A stretch of 64,000 bases of DNA from a bacterium. Lineage in GTDB: Bacteria; Pseudomonadota; Gammaproteobacteria; GCA-002705445; GCA-002716945. Below are positions 28,949-40,251 of this stretch, in pieces. The position numbers were made by a program, and so were the translations under genes. The stretch is from assembly GCA_029979505.1 (NCBI GenBank), contig JAPOHH010000006.1:1237-65236 (forward strand). Reading direction: 5' to 3'. Numbering within the stretch: position 1 is the stretch's first letter; every line of letters starts with the position of its first letter. The notes under the pieces were generated by a model. It saw nothing but the letters and a program-made list of their open reading frames with translations, was not told the DNA's origin and ran no database searches.

Positions 28949-30058
28949 ATGAGCATAGATACTATAAAAACAGATATTTTAATCGTAGGTGCAGGACCTT
29001 CAGGGTGTATGCTTGCCAATACATTAATAGAAGCAGGTAAAGATGTCTTGCTGATTGACAAACATAATTTTCCCAGACATAAGCCTTGTGCAGGCGGTCT
29101 AACTCCCAAGACTGTAAATTTACTACCATTTAACATAAATCATCTCAAACAACATGATTCTGAAAAGATGCTTTTTAAATTCACTAATGGAAAGACTGTC
29201 GATCTAAATCATATTGAGGGTGCTTGTAAAATGGTTGTTCGAGAAGATTTTGATAATTATTTTTTTGATTATGTGACAAGTAAAGGTGCAAAATATTTGA
29301 ATAATAAAATTATAAGCGTAGATGATTTGAATAATAAAATTAACGTAAAAACTAATAAACAAGATATTAATTGTAATTTTTTAATAGGTGCTGATGGTGC
29401 TAACAGTACCGTGAGAAGATTGACAACTAATCTTAATTTTAAGAACCCAGTATTTGCATTTGAAGGACTTATTGATAAAAAGGCTTGTAAGGCTAATATA
29501 CCAACAAAGTTTGTATTTAATAAACTTGGCTATGGTTGGGTTTTCCCTAAAAATGATCATTATAATATAGGAATAGGCAACCTGGTTTATGATCCATCTC
29601 AACCAAAACCGAAAAAAAAAGATTTATTCAAATTTGCTCAAGAAGAACTAGGTACAGATGAAATACGGGATATTACTGGTTTCCCCATTGGTACCGAAGG
29701 CCTTGATTATATTCCGAGTTCAAAAAAAATATATTTAGTAGGAGATGCTGCTGGATTAGCAGAAACTTTATTAGGAGAAGGTATTTATAATGCTGTAGTA
29801 TCTGCAAAGTATCTTGGTGATGCAATCGTATCAAGCGCAACTCATGATGAGGTATTCAATAAATACACTAACTTTCTTGTTGGTATGAAAAAAGAATTAT
29901 CTCTATACAATCGTGGTTCAAAAATTCTATACAAAAAACAAAGACTAAGTTATTGGATGCTTAAATTATTCTTTGGGAAGAAATTCATGGACGGTTATTC
30001 AGAAGGTAAAACTTTATCTGAAATCATTAAAGGGAAATATCCTTTTCCATCTATCTAG
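28949..30058 (+). CDS. Geranylgeranyl reductase family FAD-dependent oxidoreductase
   Basis: VGAGPSG, PRHKPCAGG, GADGANS, GYGWVFP, VGDAAG..GEGIY. Confidence 0.85.
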   Translation: MSIDTIKTDILIVGAGPSGCMLANTLIEAGKDVLLIDKHNFPRHKPCAGGLTPKTVNLLPFNINHLKQHDSEKMLFKFTNGKTVDLNHIEGACKMVVREDFDNYFFDYVTSKGAKYLNNKIISVDDLNNKINVKTNKQDINCNFLIGADGANSTVRRLTTNLNFKNPVFAFEGLIDKKACKANIPTKFVFNKLGYGWVFPKNDHYNIGIGNLVYDPSQPKPKKKDLFKFAQEELGTDEIRDITGFPIGTEGLDYIPSSKKIYLVGDAAGLAETLLGEGIYNAVVSAKYLGDAIVSSATHDEVFNKYTNFLVGMKKELSLYNRGSKILYKKQRLSYWMLKLFFGKKFMDGYSEGKTLSEIIKGKYPFPSI

Positions 30059-31010
30059 TTCTAAGAGCACAAAACTTAGTCAAGCCTGCTAGCATGTTCT
30101 TAGCTAAACCTTCAAAATTGTCTAAAGACTTCATTGCTTTATTTGAATATTTATCAATCTGGCGCTGCGTGTAAATATCAGATTTATTTTTTTTAAAAAT
30201 CTCTAGTAATTTTTCTGATTCTGAAATGATTTTATTATTAAAAATATTTTTCAGAATTTCCTTATCTTGATTATTAGACGCATTAAAACTATGAATTAGT
30301 GGCAAGGTTGATTTGCCCTCAGATAAATCCTCAGCAATATTTTTACCAGTTTTATTCTGATCACCAAAATAATCCAGATAATCATTCCTGAGTTGATAGG
30401 CAATACCAAAATTTTTACCAAAACTACTTGCAGTATCTAAATGTTCTGCTCCTGCTAGTTCTGCGGCAACGAGTGCTGACGCCTCAAATAACTTGCCAGT
30501 TTTTAAGTATATTATGTCAAGATATTTTTTTTCATTATCCATTATTTTATCTTTTATCATTAATTGCATTACTTCGCCTTGTGAAATTTTATTAGTAGTT
30601 TCTGCAAGAATTTTATATATATTTTCCTCATTGACTTCGACAATTAATTCAAAAGCACGAGAATATAAAAAATCTCCAACTAATACTGCACTATCATTAC
30701 CCCATAGTTTATTGGCAGTTTTTATGTTGTGTCTGATATCTGATTGGTCCACTACATCATCATGAAGAAGTGTAGCAGCATGTATTAGCTCTAATATTGC
30801 TCCTGCTTGAAGAATATGCTTATCATTACCTAACATTCTAGACATCAAAATCAATATTATTGGTCTAATCCTTTTTCCTCCACTTTCTATCATGTGTTCC
30901 GAGAGCATATTTATCAGAGGGACATCGGTTTTAGTAGCATTTTTGAGAAAACGGTTTAGATTGTCTAAATCAGAGGCTAGGGATTTACTAATTTCATCAA
31001 AATCAAGCAT
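30051..31010 (-). CDS. ispB: Polyprenyl (octaprenyl) diphosphate synthase
   Basis: GGKRIRP, LLHDDVVD (FARM), VLVGDFL, KTG, second Asp-rich motif NDYLD; divergent from rplU; start set at ATG 31010. Confidence 0.88.
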   Translation of the reverse strand: MLDFDEISKSLASDLDNLNRFLKNATKTDVPLINMLSEHMIESGGKRIRPIILILMSRMLGNDKHILQAGAILELIHAATLLHDDVVDQSDIRHNIKTANKLWGNDSAVLVGDFLYSRAFELIVEVNEENIYKILAETTNKISQGEVMQLMIKDKIMDNEKKYLDIIYLKTGKLFEASALVAAELAGAEHLDTASSFGKNFGIAYQLRNDYLDYFGDQNKTGKNIAEDLSEGKSTLPLIHSFNASNNQDKEILKNIFNNKIISESEKLLEIFKKNKSDIYTQRQIDKYSNKAMKSLDNFEGLAKNMLAGLTKFCALRTR

Positions 31011-31105
31011 TGTCTCGAAATATATCATATTTAGATAACCTAAATACCCATAAAATGGTTTATTATTTAAAAAAATCAAGGTAGAATCACACAACTTAAA
31101 GCAAT

Positions 31106-31414
31106 ATGAACGCAATTATTAAACAAGGTGGACATCAATATAACGTAACTGAAGGTGACGTAATCCGCGTTGATTTAATTTCTAAGCCAGAAGGTACTGA
31201 AATTGAGCTTGATAATGTAATTATGGCATTCGATGATAAAGATTCTCTAATTGAAAAGAAGGCTCTTGAATCATTAAAAATTAAAGCAACTATTCAAAAA
31301 CACGGTAGATATCCTAAAATAAGAATAGTAAAATTTAAGAGAAGAAAACACTACATGAGAACGCAAGGTCACAGACAAGGTTTCTCAGAAATTAAAATAG
31401 AGTCGATTAAGTAA
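31106..31414 (+). CDS. rplU: 50S ribosomal protein L21
   Basis: [20 protein letters not shown]. Confidence 0.95.
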   Translation: MNAIIKQGGHQYNVTEGDVIRVDLISKPEGTEIELDNVIMAFDDKDSLIEKKALESLKIKATIQKHGRYPKIRIVKFKRRKHYMRTQGHRQGFSEIKIESIK

Positions 31415-31415
31415 A

Positions 31416-31679
31416 ATGGCACATAAGAAAGCAGGTGGTAGTACAAAAAACGGTAGAGATTCTGAGTCTAAGAGACTTGGTGTCAAAAAATACGGCAGTG
31501 AATTTGTACATGCAGGCAACATTATTTTGAGACAAAGAGGAACGCCTGTTAAAGCTGGTGACAATGTTGGCTGTGGTAGAGACCATACTCTTTTTGCGAC
31601 TAGCGATGGTTATGTCCATTTCCATAAAAAAGGTCCTAACAAACATAAATTTGTTAGTGTTCTTCCAACAAAACACTAA
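31416..31679 (+). CDS. rpmA: 50S ribosomal protein L27
   Basis: [24 protein letters not shown]. Confidence 0.97.
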   Translation: MAHKKAGGSTKNGRDSESKRLGVKKYGSEFVHAGNIILRQRGTPVKAGDNVGCGRDHTLFATSDGYVHFHKKGPNKHKFVSVLPTKH

Positions 31680-31691
31680 AAACTCCAGATC

Positions 31692-32708
31692 ATGAAATTC
31701 ATTGACGAGACTGTTATTACAGTTAGAGCCGGTAATGGCGGATCAGGCTGTCTCAGCTTTAGAAGGGAGAAATATATTCCATTTGGAGGTCCTGATGGTG
31801 GAGATGGAGGAGATGGTGGTTCTGTAATAATAAAAGGAACAGATACTCTTAATACACTTGCAGATTTTAGAAATAAAAGTTTATACAAAGCAGAAAATGG
31901 TAAATCTGGGGGTAGCAAAAATAAACATGGAAGAAATGGTGAAGATTTAATAATAAATCTTCCACTTGGATGTGTAATTTATGACAATGAAAGTGATGAG
32001 GAGTTATATGACCTTGATGATGAATCTAAGTCATTCACAATAGTTAAAGGTGGAGAACATGGCTATGGAAATGTTAGATTTAAAACATCTACTAATAGAG
32101 CACCTAGAAAGAAAACAAATGGCAAAGAGGGAGAATTTAAAGAGATAAAAATAATTCTGAAAGTTCTTGCTGATGTTGGACTCGTTGGCTTGCCAAATGC
32201 AGGTAAAAGTTCTTTTCTGAAGTCTGTAAGTATGGCCAAACCAAAAGTTGCAGATTATGAATTTACTACGTTAACACCTAATTTAGGTGTAGTGCTTTAT
32301 TCAGACTATGAAAAATTTGTTGTAGCAGATATTCCTGGAATTATTGAAGGCGCATCGAAAGGGGTTGGATTAGGAATAAGGTTTTTAAAACATATTAGTA
32401 GAACAAAAATGCTTTTGAATCTAATTGATTGTTCATTTAAAACATATGAAGATATTATTAAAGAAATCGATAAGATTAAAAATGAATTAAATAGTTTTGA
32501 TGAAGAATTAATAAAAAAAGATAAATGGATTGTTATAAATAAAATAGATCTTCTGGACGAAGAAAAGTTATCTGATCTTAAAAATAGATTTAAAGAAACT
32601 GATTTTCACGTTTACTTTATATCAACAGTTAATAAAGCAGGTATCAAAGAACTTACAGATAACATATATGAGTATTTAAAATATGAAAATAGAATTAAAG
32701 AAATCTAA
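31692..32708 (+). CDS. obgE: GTPase ObgE
   Basis: Gly-rich Obg domain GGPDGGDGGDGG, GLPNAGKS, DIPG, NKID. Confidence 0.96.
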   Translation: MKFIDETVITVRAGNGGSGCLSFRREKYIPFGGPDGGDGGDGGSVIIKGTDTLNTLADFRNKSLYKAENGKSGGSKNKHGRNGEDLIINLPLGCVIYDNESDEELYDLDDESKSFTIVKGGEHGYGNVRFKTSTNRAPRKKTNGKEGEFKEIKIILKVLADVGLVGLPNAGKSSFLKSVSMAKPKVADYEFTTLTPNLGVVLYSDYEKFVVADIPGIIEGASKGVGLGIRFLKHISRTKMLLNLIDCSFKTYEDIIKEIDKIKNELNSFDEELIKKDKWIVINKIDLLDEEKLSDLKNRFKETDFHVYFISTVNKAGIKELTDNIYEYLKYENRIKEI

Positions 32709-33792
32709 AAAAGTTATAGTTAAAATTGGTAGCTCAGTAATCAATAATTCTAATGAAGAAGATTACCTATCTGATATTTGTAATGAATTAAGTCGCCTAG
32801 CCAAGAAAGAAAAAGATATTGTTTTAGTAACTTCTGGTGCAATCAGTGAGGGTATGAAAATACTTAATATAAATGAAAAACCAAATGACATAAAAAAATT
32901 ACAGGCTCTTGCAGCAGTTGGGCAACAGAAGTTAATGCTTTCTTATGAGAAGATATTCTCTAATAATAATATTAATACAGCTCAGCTTCTAATTACTCAC
33001 AACGATATCAATGATCGTGTAAGTTACTTAAACATTAAAGGTACTATAGAAGAACTACTCTCAAATGAAATAATACCAATAATAAATGAAAATGACGTTG
33101 TATCTACAGAGGAGATAAAGTTAGGTGACAATGATAATCTAGCATCAATGATTGCAAATCTTATTAACGCAGACTTGTTAATTATACTCACAGACCAAGA
33201 TGGTATGTTTGATAAGAATCCAGATAATTTTGCAGATGCTAAATTAATTAAAAAATTAAATGTGAATGATCTTAAAAATTATGACTCTGACTTTAGTACT
33301 AATAGTGTTATTGGAACAGGTGGTTTTTCAACAAAAATTCAAGCTGTAAGAAGGGCAGCACTTTCCGGTACACTCACACTTATTGCAAATGGATTTCAGA
33401 AAGGAATTGTTCAAGATATATTCAATGAGAATAACTTTGGTACACTATTTATACCAGAAAAAAAAATAATCAGTTCAAAGAAACAATGGCTTGATACAAC
33501 AGAAAATGAAGGTTCAATAATAATTGATAATGGAGCTTGTAAAGCTTTAAGCAATAGTAATAGTCTACTTTTCGTAGGCATCATAGATATAATCGGATCG
33601 TTTGACAAAGGGGATGTGATAGACTGTTTAGATAAACATCATAATTGTGTAGCAAAGGGTATTGCCAATTACAGTTCTAATGAGATTCTTTTATTGAAGG
33701 GTAAAAGTTCTGTCGACATTAAATCCGAATATCATGATAAATATACTAAAGAAGTAATTCACGCGGATAACTTAATTTTTATAGAGACTTAA
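32683..33792 (+). CDS. proB: Glutamate 5-kinase with PUA domain
   Basis: VKIGSS, VTSGA, INENDVV, GDNDNL, GTGGFSTK. Confidence 0.93.
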   Translation: MKIELKKSKKVIVKIGSSVINNSNEEDYLSDICNELSRLAKKEKDIVLVTSGAISEGMKILNINEKPNDIKKLQALAAVGQQKLMLSYEKIFSNNNINTAQLLITHNDINDRVSYLNIKGTIEELLSNEIIPIINENDVVSTEEIKLGDNDNLASMIANLINADLLIILTDQDGMFDKNPDNFADAKLIKKLNVNDLKNYDSDFSTNSVIGTGGFSTKIQAVRRAALSGTLTLIANGFQKGIVQDIFNENNFGTLFIPEKKIISSKKQWLDTTENEGSIIIDNGACKALSNSNSLLFVGIIDIIGSFDKGDVIDCLDKHHNCVAKGIANYSSNEILLLKGKSSVDIKSEYHDKYTKEVIHADNLIFIET

Positions 33793-34039
33793 TCTTACTA
33801 TTTAATCTTGATTTATGCCTTGCAGCTTTGTTTTTATGAATAAGCCCTTTTGCAGCAAGTTTATCGATACATGACACTGCTGTAATATAATCTTTTTTTG
33901 ATTGCTCTGCATTTTTATCAGAAATTGAGCTAAGCACCTTTTTAATGCTTGTTCTAAATTCAGATTTTTTAGCGGCATTGCTTATTCTTGCTTTAGCAGC
34001 TTGTCGTACTCTTTTTCTAGCTTGTACTGTATTTGCCAA
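33779..34039 (-). CDS. rpsT: 30S ribosomal protein S20
   Basis: ANTVQARKRVRQ, KGLIHKNKAARHKSRL; TTG start at 34039 with SD GGAG. Confidence 0.95.
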   Translation of the reverse strand: MANTVQARKRVRQAAKARISNAAKKSEFRTSIKKVLSSISDKNAEQSKKDYITAVSCIDKLAAKGLIHKNKAARHKSRLNSKIKSL

Positions 34040-34119
34040 TGTAATTTTCTCCAATAATAGGTAAAATAAGTGAAGATTATCTCAGTCAAGTGAGCTACTG
34101 TCAATATAATACATCCTTT

Positions 34120-35688
34120 ATGGCAAAAGAATCAGAAAAAACAAGGTCAATCATAAAATCGTCTAGTCATTTTGGCTTGACTACTCTAATTTCGCGTATG
34201 AGTGGCTTTATAAGGGATGTTTTATTTGCAAGCTATTTTGGAGCAAATTCGAGTACTGATGCATTTTTTGTTGCATTTAAGATACCAAATTTTTTTCGTA
34301 GACTATTCGCTGAAGGAGCATTTTCTCAAGCATTTATTCCAGTATTACAAGAATATCGTATAAAAAAACAAAACTTGCTTATTAATTTTGTACAAAATGT
34401 CTTCGGGAATTTATTTTTTGTTTTGGTTATTATTACATCTCTAGGTATGTATTTTTCACATGAGTTAGCATACATTTTCGCTCCAGGTTTCGTGGGTGAC
34501 AATGAAAAAATAAACTTAACAGCAGAAATGCTTTTTATAACATTTCCTTACTTATTATTCATTTCCCTAACAGCAATGTGCGCAGGAATTTTCAATTCTT
34601 ATAATCGTTTCATTTTATCTGGCATAACACCTGTCTTTTTAAACTTAAGCTTAATTATTTTTACAATATTTTCTTCAACTTTATTTGTTATCCCTATATT
34701 GTCACTTTCATATGGCGTTCTCGTAGCAGGTATAGTTCAGTTATTAATACAACTCCCTTTAATGTATAAACTAGGATTTCTCAATATGCCGAAAATTAAT
34801 TTTTATAATCATGGATCTATAAAAATTATAAAATTAATGGGCCCAGCAATTCTTGGAACAGCTGCAGTACAAATAAACCTTTTAATAGATACAATTGTAG
34901 CGTCTTTATTAGTTACTGGAAGCATTAGTTGGCTATATTTTTCTGACAGGCTGATAGAGTTGCCTCTGGCAGTTTTCGGAATAGCTATATCAATTGTAAT
35001 ACTTCCTGTTTTATCTGAGCACTTTCAAAAAAATGAACCATGTGCATATTCAGCTACACTAACAAAGTCAATTAAATTAGCAACAGCAATTGCTATACCT
35101 TCTATGATTGGGCTAATAGTTCTCTCTGGTTCTATCGTGTCTTCATTATATATGTATGGAAGTTTTGATATGTTTGATGTTGGAATGACAGTTCTAAGTT
35201 TAATAACATATAGTCTTGGTTTACCCGCATTCTTCTTTTTGAAAATATTAGTTACAGCTTTTTATTCAAGACAAGATACTAAAACTCCTGTAATTTATTC
35301 ACTCATAGGTATAAGTGTAAACATTATCGCTAACCTTACAGTGCTCTATTATTATATGGAATCACCATTCGAAGGTGCTCATGCTTTAGTTGCATTGGCA
35401 ACATCATTATCTGCATGGCTACAAGTAGTATTGATGGTATTTAAACTTAGGAGAATTGAGATAATAAAAGATAATTTATTTTTAAATTTCTCTACGTTAA
35501 AAGTGATTATAGCGACATCATTTATGCTCGCAGTTTTATTTTTATATGGATACACCATGCCATTCGAAAATTATATAAGCTTTTATGATAGAATTTTCTA
35601 TCTAGTTTTAAATTTAATTATGGGTGCTGTAATTTATTTTTTATCACTAATTGCTATGGGTGTCACATTTAAAAGCTACAGAATATGA
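34120..35688 (+). CDS. murJ: Lipid II flippase MurJ
   Basis: SRMSGFIRD, KIPNFFRRLFAEGAFSQAFIP, YFSDRLIELP, AFYSRQDTKTP. Confidence 0.93.
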   Translation: MAKESEKTRSIIKSSSHFGLTTLISRMSGFIRDVLFASYFGANSSTDAFFVAFKIPNFFRRLFAEGAFSQAFIPVLQEYRIKKQNLLINFVQNVFGNLFFVLVIITSLGMYFSHELAYIFAPGFVGDNEKINLTAEMLFITFPYLLFISLTAMCAGIFNSYNRFILSGITPVFLNLSLIIFTIFSSTLFVIPILSLSYGVLVAGIVQLLIQLPLMYKLGFLNMPKINFYNHGSIKIIKLMGPAILGTAAVQINLLIDTIVASLLVTGSISWLYFSDRLIELPLAVFGIAISIVILPVLSEHFQKNEPCAYSATLTKSIKLATAIAIPSMIGLIVLSGSIVSSLYMYGSFDMFDVGMTVLSLITYSLGLPAFFFLKILVTAFYSRQDTKTPVIYSLIGISVNIIANLTVLYYYMESPFEGAHALVALATSLSAWLQVVLMVFKLRRIEIIKDNLFLNFSTLKVIIATSFMLAVLFLYGYTMPFENYISFYDRIFYLVLNLIMGAVIYFLSLIAMGVTFKSYRI

Positions 35689-36602
35689 ATATAAAAAATA
35701 AAATCGATGATCTATCTAGCGCTCCAAAAGTTGTAACAATCGGTAATTTTGATGGCGTGCATAAAGGACATCAATCTCTTATAAATAAAGCTTGCGATAT
35801 AGCATCTAAAAATGAGTTCGAATCTCTAGTATTTACTTTTGATATATTGCCTGAAGAAATATTTAACCATCATAAATTTCAAAGACTTTATAGCAATCCT
35901 CTTAAATATAAATATATAAACTCATTTGATATTGATACATTACTATCAATTGATTTCCATTTGATGAAAGATTTTTCAGCAACTTATTTTTGTGAGGAAA
36001 TTCTTCTTAAACAGCTAAATACAAAATATTTAGTTATAGGTGATAATTTTAAATTTGGTAAAGGTAGAAAAGGAAATATAGAAAAGCTTCGTGAGTATGA
36101 GCATTCAAATGATTTTCATCTAATTATCCCTAAATTAGAGCAATATGAAAATAAGAACATAAGCAGTACTAGAATTAGAAAACTAATAAATGATGGTAAG
36201 TTTATTGATGTTGAAAACTGTTTAGGAAGGAAATATATAATTGAGGGAACTGTAACTCATGGAGAAAAATTAGGCCGAAAGCTAGGTTACCCAACTGCGA
36301 ATATCTCTTTAGATTATGACTACCCACTAGATGGCATATATTTCTCTCAAGTTTCTCTAGATAACAAAAAATATTATGCATTATCATCTGTGGGGAATAA
36401 ACCTACATTTAATGGAACAAAAAAATTATTGGAAGTCTTCATATTAGATTTTAATGAAGATATTTACGGAAGCAAAATTGAAGTCTCATTCCTGGAGTTA
36501 ATGAGAAGACAAATTAAATTCTCTGATGAAGATGCTCTAATTAAACAAATGAATGAAGATCATAAATATGCAATAATCAATAGCAAAAATTATGGAATAT
36601 AA
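35685..36602 (+). CDS. ribF: Bifunctional riboflavin kinase / FAD synthetase
   Basis: IGNFDGVHKGH, GDNFKFG, ISSTRIR, GRKLGYPTAN, GNKPTF. Confidence 0.95.
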   Translation: MNIKNKIDDLSSAPKVVTIGNFDGVHKGHQSLINKACDIASKNEFESLVFTFDILPEEIFNHHKFQRLYSNPLKYKYINSFDIDTLLSIDFHLMKDFSATYFCEEILLKQLNTKYLVIGDNFKFGKGRKGNIEKLREYEHSNDFHLIIPKLEQYENKNISSTRIRKLINDGKFIDVENCLGRKYIIEGTVTHGEKLGRKLGYPTANISLDYDYPLDGIYFSQVSLDNKKYYALSSVGNKPTFNGTKKLLEVFILDFNEDIYGSKIEVSFLELMRRQIKFSDEDALIKQMNEDHKYAIINSKNYGI

Positions 36603-39369
36603 AGAGACATTAAACCTACCGAAAACTGATTTTCCTATGAAAGGGAATCTGCCACAAAGAGAACCTGAAATACTCAAGAAATGGAGTGAAATGTCAGTGT
36701 ATCAGAGAAATTTAGAGGAATCAGAAAACAAAAAATCGTACATATTACATGATGGTCCACCATATGCAAATGGTGATATTCATATAGGACATGCTGTAAA
36801 TAAGATTCTTAAAGATTTTATAATTAAATCCAAGATGATGTCTGGTTATCATGTTCCTTTTATTCCGGGATGGGACTGTCATGGTCTACCTATTGAATTA
36901 CAAGTTGAAAAGAAATTTGGTAAATCCAAATTTAGAGATAACCCAAAAGCTTTCATTGCAGCTTGTAGAGAATTTGCTGAAAAACAAATAAAAAAACAAA
37001 AAGAGGATTTTATCAGATTGGGAATATTTGGTTTGTGGGATAACCCATATACAAGTATGGATAAAGATATAGAATCAGAAATTGTAAGTAGTTTATCTAG
37101 AATGATTAAAAATGGACATATCTACTATGGTTCTAAGCCTGTACATTGGTGCATTGAGTCCTCCTCAGCATTAGCAGAGGCGGAAGTTGAATATAAAGAT
37201 ATTATATCTCATGCTGTTTGTGTTAATTTTAAAGTTCTCAACAAAAAAGATATATCAATATACAAAGAAATAGATAGTAATATTGATGTATACATCCCAA
37301 TATGGACTACCACTCCATGGACACTACCTGCAAATAGAGCTGTTGCATTAAGTTCTTCAATTGAATATTCGTTTGTGAGACTTGAGGATAAGTATCTCAT
37401 ATTAGCAAAAAATTTAATTACATCTGTTATGGATAAAGCAAGTATTACTAATTATGAAATAATATGTGACTTTAATAATGAAGATTTTTCAAAATTAAAT
37501 CTTCAACATCCATTTTATGATTTTAAAGTACCGGCAATAATTGCAGATCATGTTACAGATGAAAATGGAACAGGTGCAGTGCACATCGCACCTGGGCATG
37601 GCACAGATGACTATCTTGCAGGCTTAAAACACAATCTTGAAATTTATAATCCTGTAAATGACTACGGTATATTTCATGATTCATTACCTATTTTTGGTGG
37701 AAAGAAAATCAGAGACTGCAATGATGAAATAGTAGAACTACTAAAAGAAAATAATAGTTTATTATTTTCTGAAAAATACGAACATTCTTATCCTCACTGC
37801 TGGAGATATAAAACTCCGTTGATATTTAGAGCAACGCCACAATGGTTTATGAGTATGGATAATTCTGGTCTAAGAGATTCTATGAAGAATGGAATACCTA
37901 ACGTTAACTGGATGCCTTCTTGGGGACAAGATAGAATATTTAATATGATTGAAGGAAGGCCTGACTGGTGTTTATCGAGGCAGAGAAACTGGGGAGTGCC
38001 CTTACCTCTATTCCTTCATAAAGAAACTAATAAATTACATCCTGATACACAATTAATTCTGGATGAAGCATCAAAGATAATCAAAGAAGGTAACATAGAA
38101 GCTTGGATTGATTATGATAAAAAATTATTAGTTAAAGATATTGAAAGCTATAGCGAAGTAAAAGACACCTTAGATGTATGGTTTGATTCTGGCGTGACAC
38201 ATCAGTCAGTTCTTAAAAAAAGAGGCATAATGGAAACGGCTGATTTATATCTTGAGGGGTCAGATCAACATAGAGGATGGTTTCAATCATCTTTAATAAC
38301 ATCTCACGCTATGTATAAAAAATCACCATATAAAAATGTTCTGACGCATGGATTTGTTGTAGATAAGGATGGTCAGAAAATGTCTAAATCTATTGGTAAT
38401 ATAATCTCACCCCAAAAGATTATTAAAGATAAAGGTGCAGATATTTTAAGGCTTTGGGTTGCTATGACAGATTACTCAAAAGAAATGACAATTTCAGATG
38501 AAATTGTTAATAGAGTCTCTGAATCATATAGAAGAATAAGAAATACATCTAAGTTTCTTCTGTCAAATATAAGTGACTATGATGAAAAAGGAATTAGTTT
38601 TGATGATATGGTGCAAATCGATAAATGGATAATCCATAAAGCAAAAAAGCTCGATATACAAATACAAAATGATTATAAAGAATTCAAATTTCATAAATTG
38701 ATACAAGATATTTTAAACTTTTGCACCCTAGAGCTAGGAGGCTATTATCTTGATATTATCAAAGATAGACTATACACATCAAAAAGTGATGGCATACCAA
38801 GAAAATCAGCTCAAAAAACTTGTCACATACTAATGAGTTATCTGAATTCTTGGATTGCACCGATTCTGACATTTACAGCTGAAGAAATATATTCGAAGAT
38901 GCCTAATAGTAAAGATAGTATTTATCTCACAGAATGGTTTGATGTTGATCTTTGTCTAAAAAATCACGAAGTAGAAGTTTATGATAGTTTATATTCAATT
39001 AAACCACTTGTATCTAGAATGATTGAGGATGCTAGAAATAACAATACGGTTGGTTCTTCTCTTGAATGTAAATTAGATATACTTTGTAACGATCAACTAT
39101 ATACAAAATTGAACAGTATTTCTGATGAGTTAAAATTTGTATTTATTGTTTCAGAATGTACACTCAGATTAGGTAATGACAACGATAGCTACTCAATGGA
39201 TAAAGATTCATATAAACTATCAATATCCATATCAAAATCACAAAATGAAAAATGTGAAAGGTGCTGGCATTTAAATGAAACCGTAGGAACGATTGAAGAC
39301 CATCCCACAATATGTAAAAGATGTTCCGACAATGTGTATGGTGACGGAGAATGCAGAAAATTCGCATAA
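36592..39369 (+). CDS. ileS: Isoleucine-tRNA ligase
   Basis: HDGPPYANGDIHIGH, WTTTPWT, EGSDQHRGWF, KMSKS, C-terminal CERCW zinc finger. Confidence 0.97.
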   Translation: MEYKETLNLPKTDFPMKGNLPQREPEILKKWSEMSVYQRNLEESENKKSYILHDGPPYANGDIHIGHAVNKILKDFIIKSKMMSGYHVPFIPGWDCHGLPIELQVEKKFGKSKFRDNPKAFIAACREFAEKQIKKQKEDFIRLGIFGLWDNPYTSMDKDIESEIVSSLSRMIKNGHIYYGSKPVHWCIESSSALAEAEVEYKDIISHAVCVNFKVLNKKDISIYKEIDSNIDVYIPIWTTTPWTLPANRAVALSSSIEYSFVRLEDKYLILAKNLITSVMDKASITNYEIICDFNNEDFSKLNLQHPFYDFKVPAIIADHVTDENGTGAVHIAPGHGTDDYLAGLKHNLEIYNPVNDYGIFHDSLPIFGGKKIRDCNDEIVELLKENNSLLFSEKYEHSYPHCWRYKTPLIFRATPQWFMSMDNSGLRDSMKNGIPNVNWMPSWGQDRIFNMIEGRPDWCLSRQRNWGVPLPLFLHKETNKLHPDTQLILDEASKIIKEGNIEAWIDYDKKLLVKDIESYSEVKDTLDVWFDSGVTHQSVLKKRGIMETADLYLEGSDQHRGWFQSSLITSHAMYKKSPYKNVLTHGFVVDKDGQKMSKSIGNIISPQKIIKDKGADILRLWVAMTDYSKEMTISDEIVNRVSESYRRIRNTSKFLLSNISDYDEKGISFDDMVQIDKWIIHKAKKLDIQIQNDYKEFKFHKLIQDILNFCTLELGGYYLDIIKDRLYTSKSDGIPRKSAQKTCHILMSYLNSWIAPILTFTAEEIYSKMPNSKDSIYLTEWFDVDLCLKNHEVEVYDSLYSIKPLVSRMIEDARNNNTVGSSLECKLDILCNDQLYTKLNSISDELKFVFIVSECTLRLGNDNDSYSMDKDSYKLSISISKSQNEKCERCWHLNETVGTIEDHPTICKRCSDNVYGDGECRKFA

Positions 39370-39833
39370 GAGGTTTAATTGCTCTTTTCATTATTCTAGG
39401 AATATTTGTAGTTGATTATTTATCTAAACAGTATGCTCTGACATTAACCGGAACTCATACTATTAATTCATTTGTGACTTTTCAAACTTTAAACAATTAT
39501 GGTATTGCCTTTAGCTTATTTAATGACATTGAAGATAGTTATTTATGGCTATTATCGTCTCTGATATTTTTTATATTAATGTATATATGTATAGAGCTGT
39601 ACAAAAACCTGTCTAATGACTTTATATATATTATTTCTTTGTCTTTAATATTAGGTGGTGGTTGGGGGAATTTCTTCGATAGATTAGATAACTTTTCGGT
39701 CACAGATTTTATAATCATTCACTATGATGATATATACTTTCCAGCAATATTTAATATTGCTGATTTATCTATTTCTTTTGGTGCAATTTTCATGATTATT
39801 CACTTTTACAAAACTAGAAATGAACATAATTAA
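39351..39833 (+). CDS. lspA: Lipoprotein signal peptidase
   Basis: NYGIAFS, GGWGNFFDR, VTDFI, FNIAD. Confidence 0.9.
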   Translation: MQKIRIRGLIALFIILGIFVVDYLSKQYALTLTGTHTINSFVTFQTLNNYGIAFSLFNDIEDSYLWLLSSLIFFILMYICIELYKNLSNDFIYIISLSLILGGGWGNFFDRLDNFSVTDFIIIHYDDIYFPAIFNIADLSISFGAIFMIIHFYKTRNEHN

Positions 39834-40251
39834 GTATAACAGTAGAGTTATTTTAAATTATTCATTAAAAGGTAACGGAGTTTTATTTGAAACAACATTT
39901 GATAAATCACCTATAGAGATAATAATTGGACAATGTAACTTACCTCAAATAATAGAAGCGTCTTTATACAATATGAAATGTGGGGAAAAGAAAAAATATA
40001 AATTTGATTCTAAAGAGGTTTTTGGAATATTCGATGAAAAAAAAGTTACTAAGACATCTCTAAAAACTTTTAAGAATAATAAAAATATTAAACCAGGTGA
40101 CATTATAGAAACAATCGAAGATGGCAAATCCTATTTTATAACTGTGATAGAAGTACTAAATGATGAAATTATAATTGATATGAATCATCCTTTGTGTAAT
40201 AAAGATATTATATTCGAAGTAGAAATTTTAGAGATATTCAATGATTCTTAA
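39820..40251 (+). CDS. fkpB: FKBP-type PPIase SlpA/FkpB
   Basis: IDMNHPLCNKDIIFEVEI; position between lspA and ispH. Confidence 0.85.
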   Translation: MNIIKYNSRVILNYSLKGNGVLFETTFDKSPIEIIIGQCNLPQIIEASLYNMKCGEKKKYKFDSKEVFGIFDEKKVTKTSLKTFKNNKNIKPGDIIETIEDGKSYFITVIEVLNDEIIIDMNHPLCNKDIIFEVEILEIFNDS

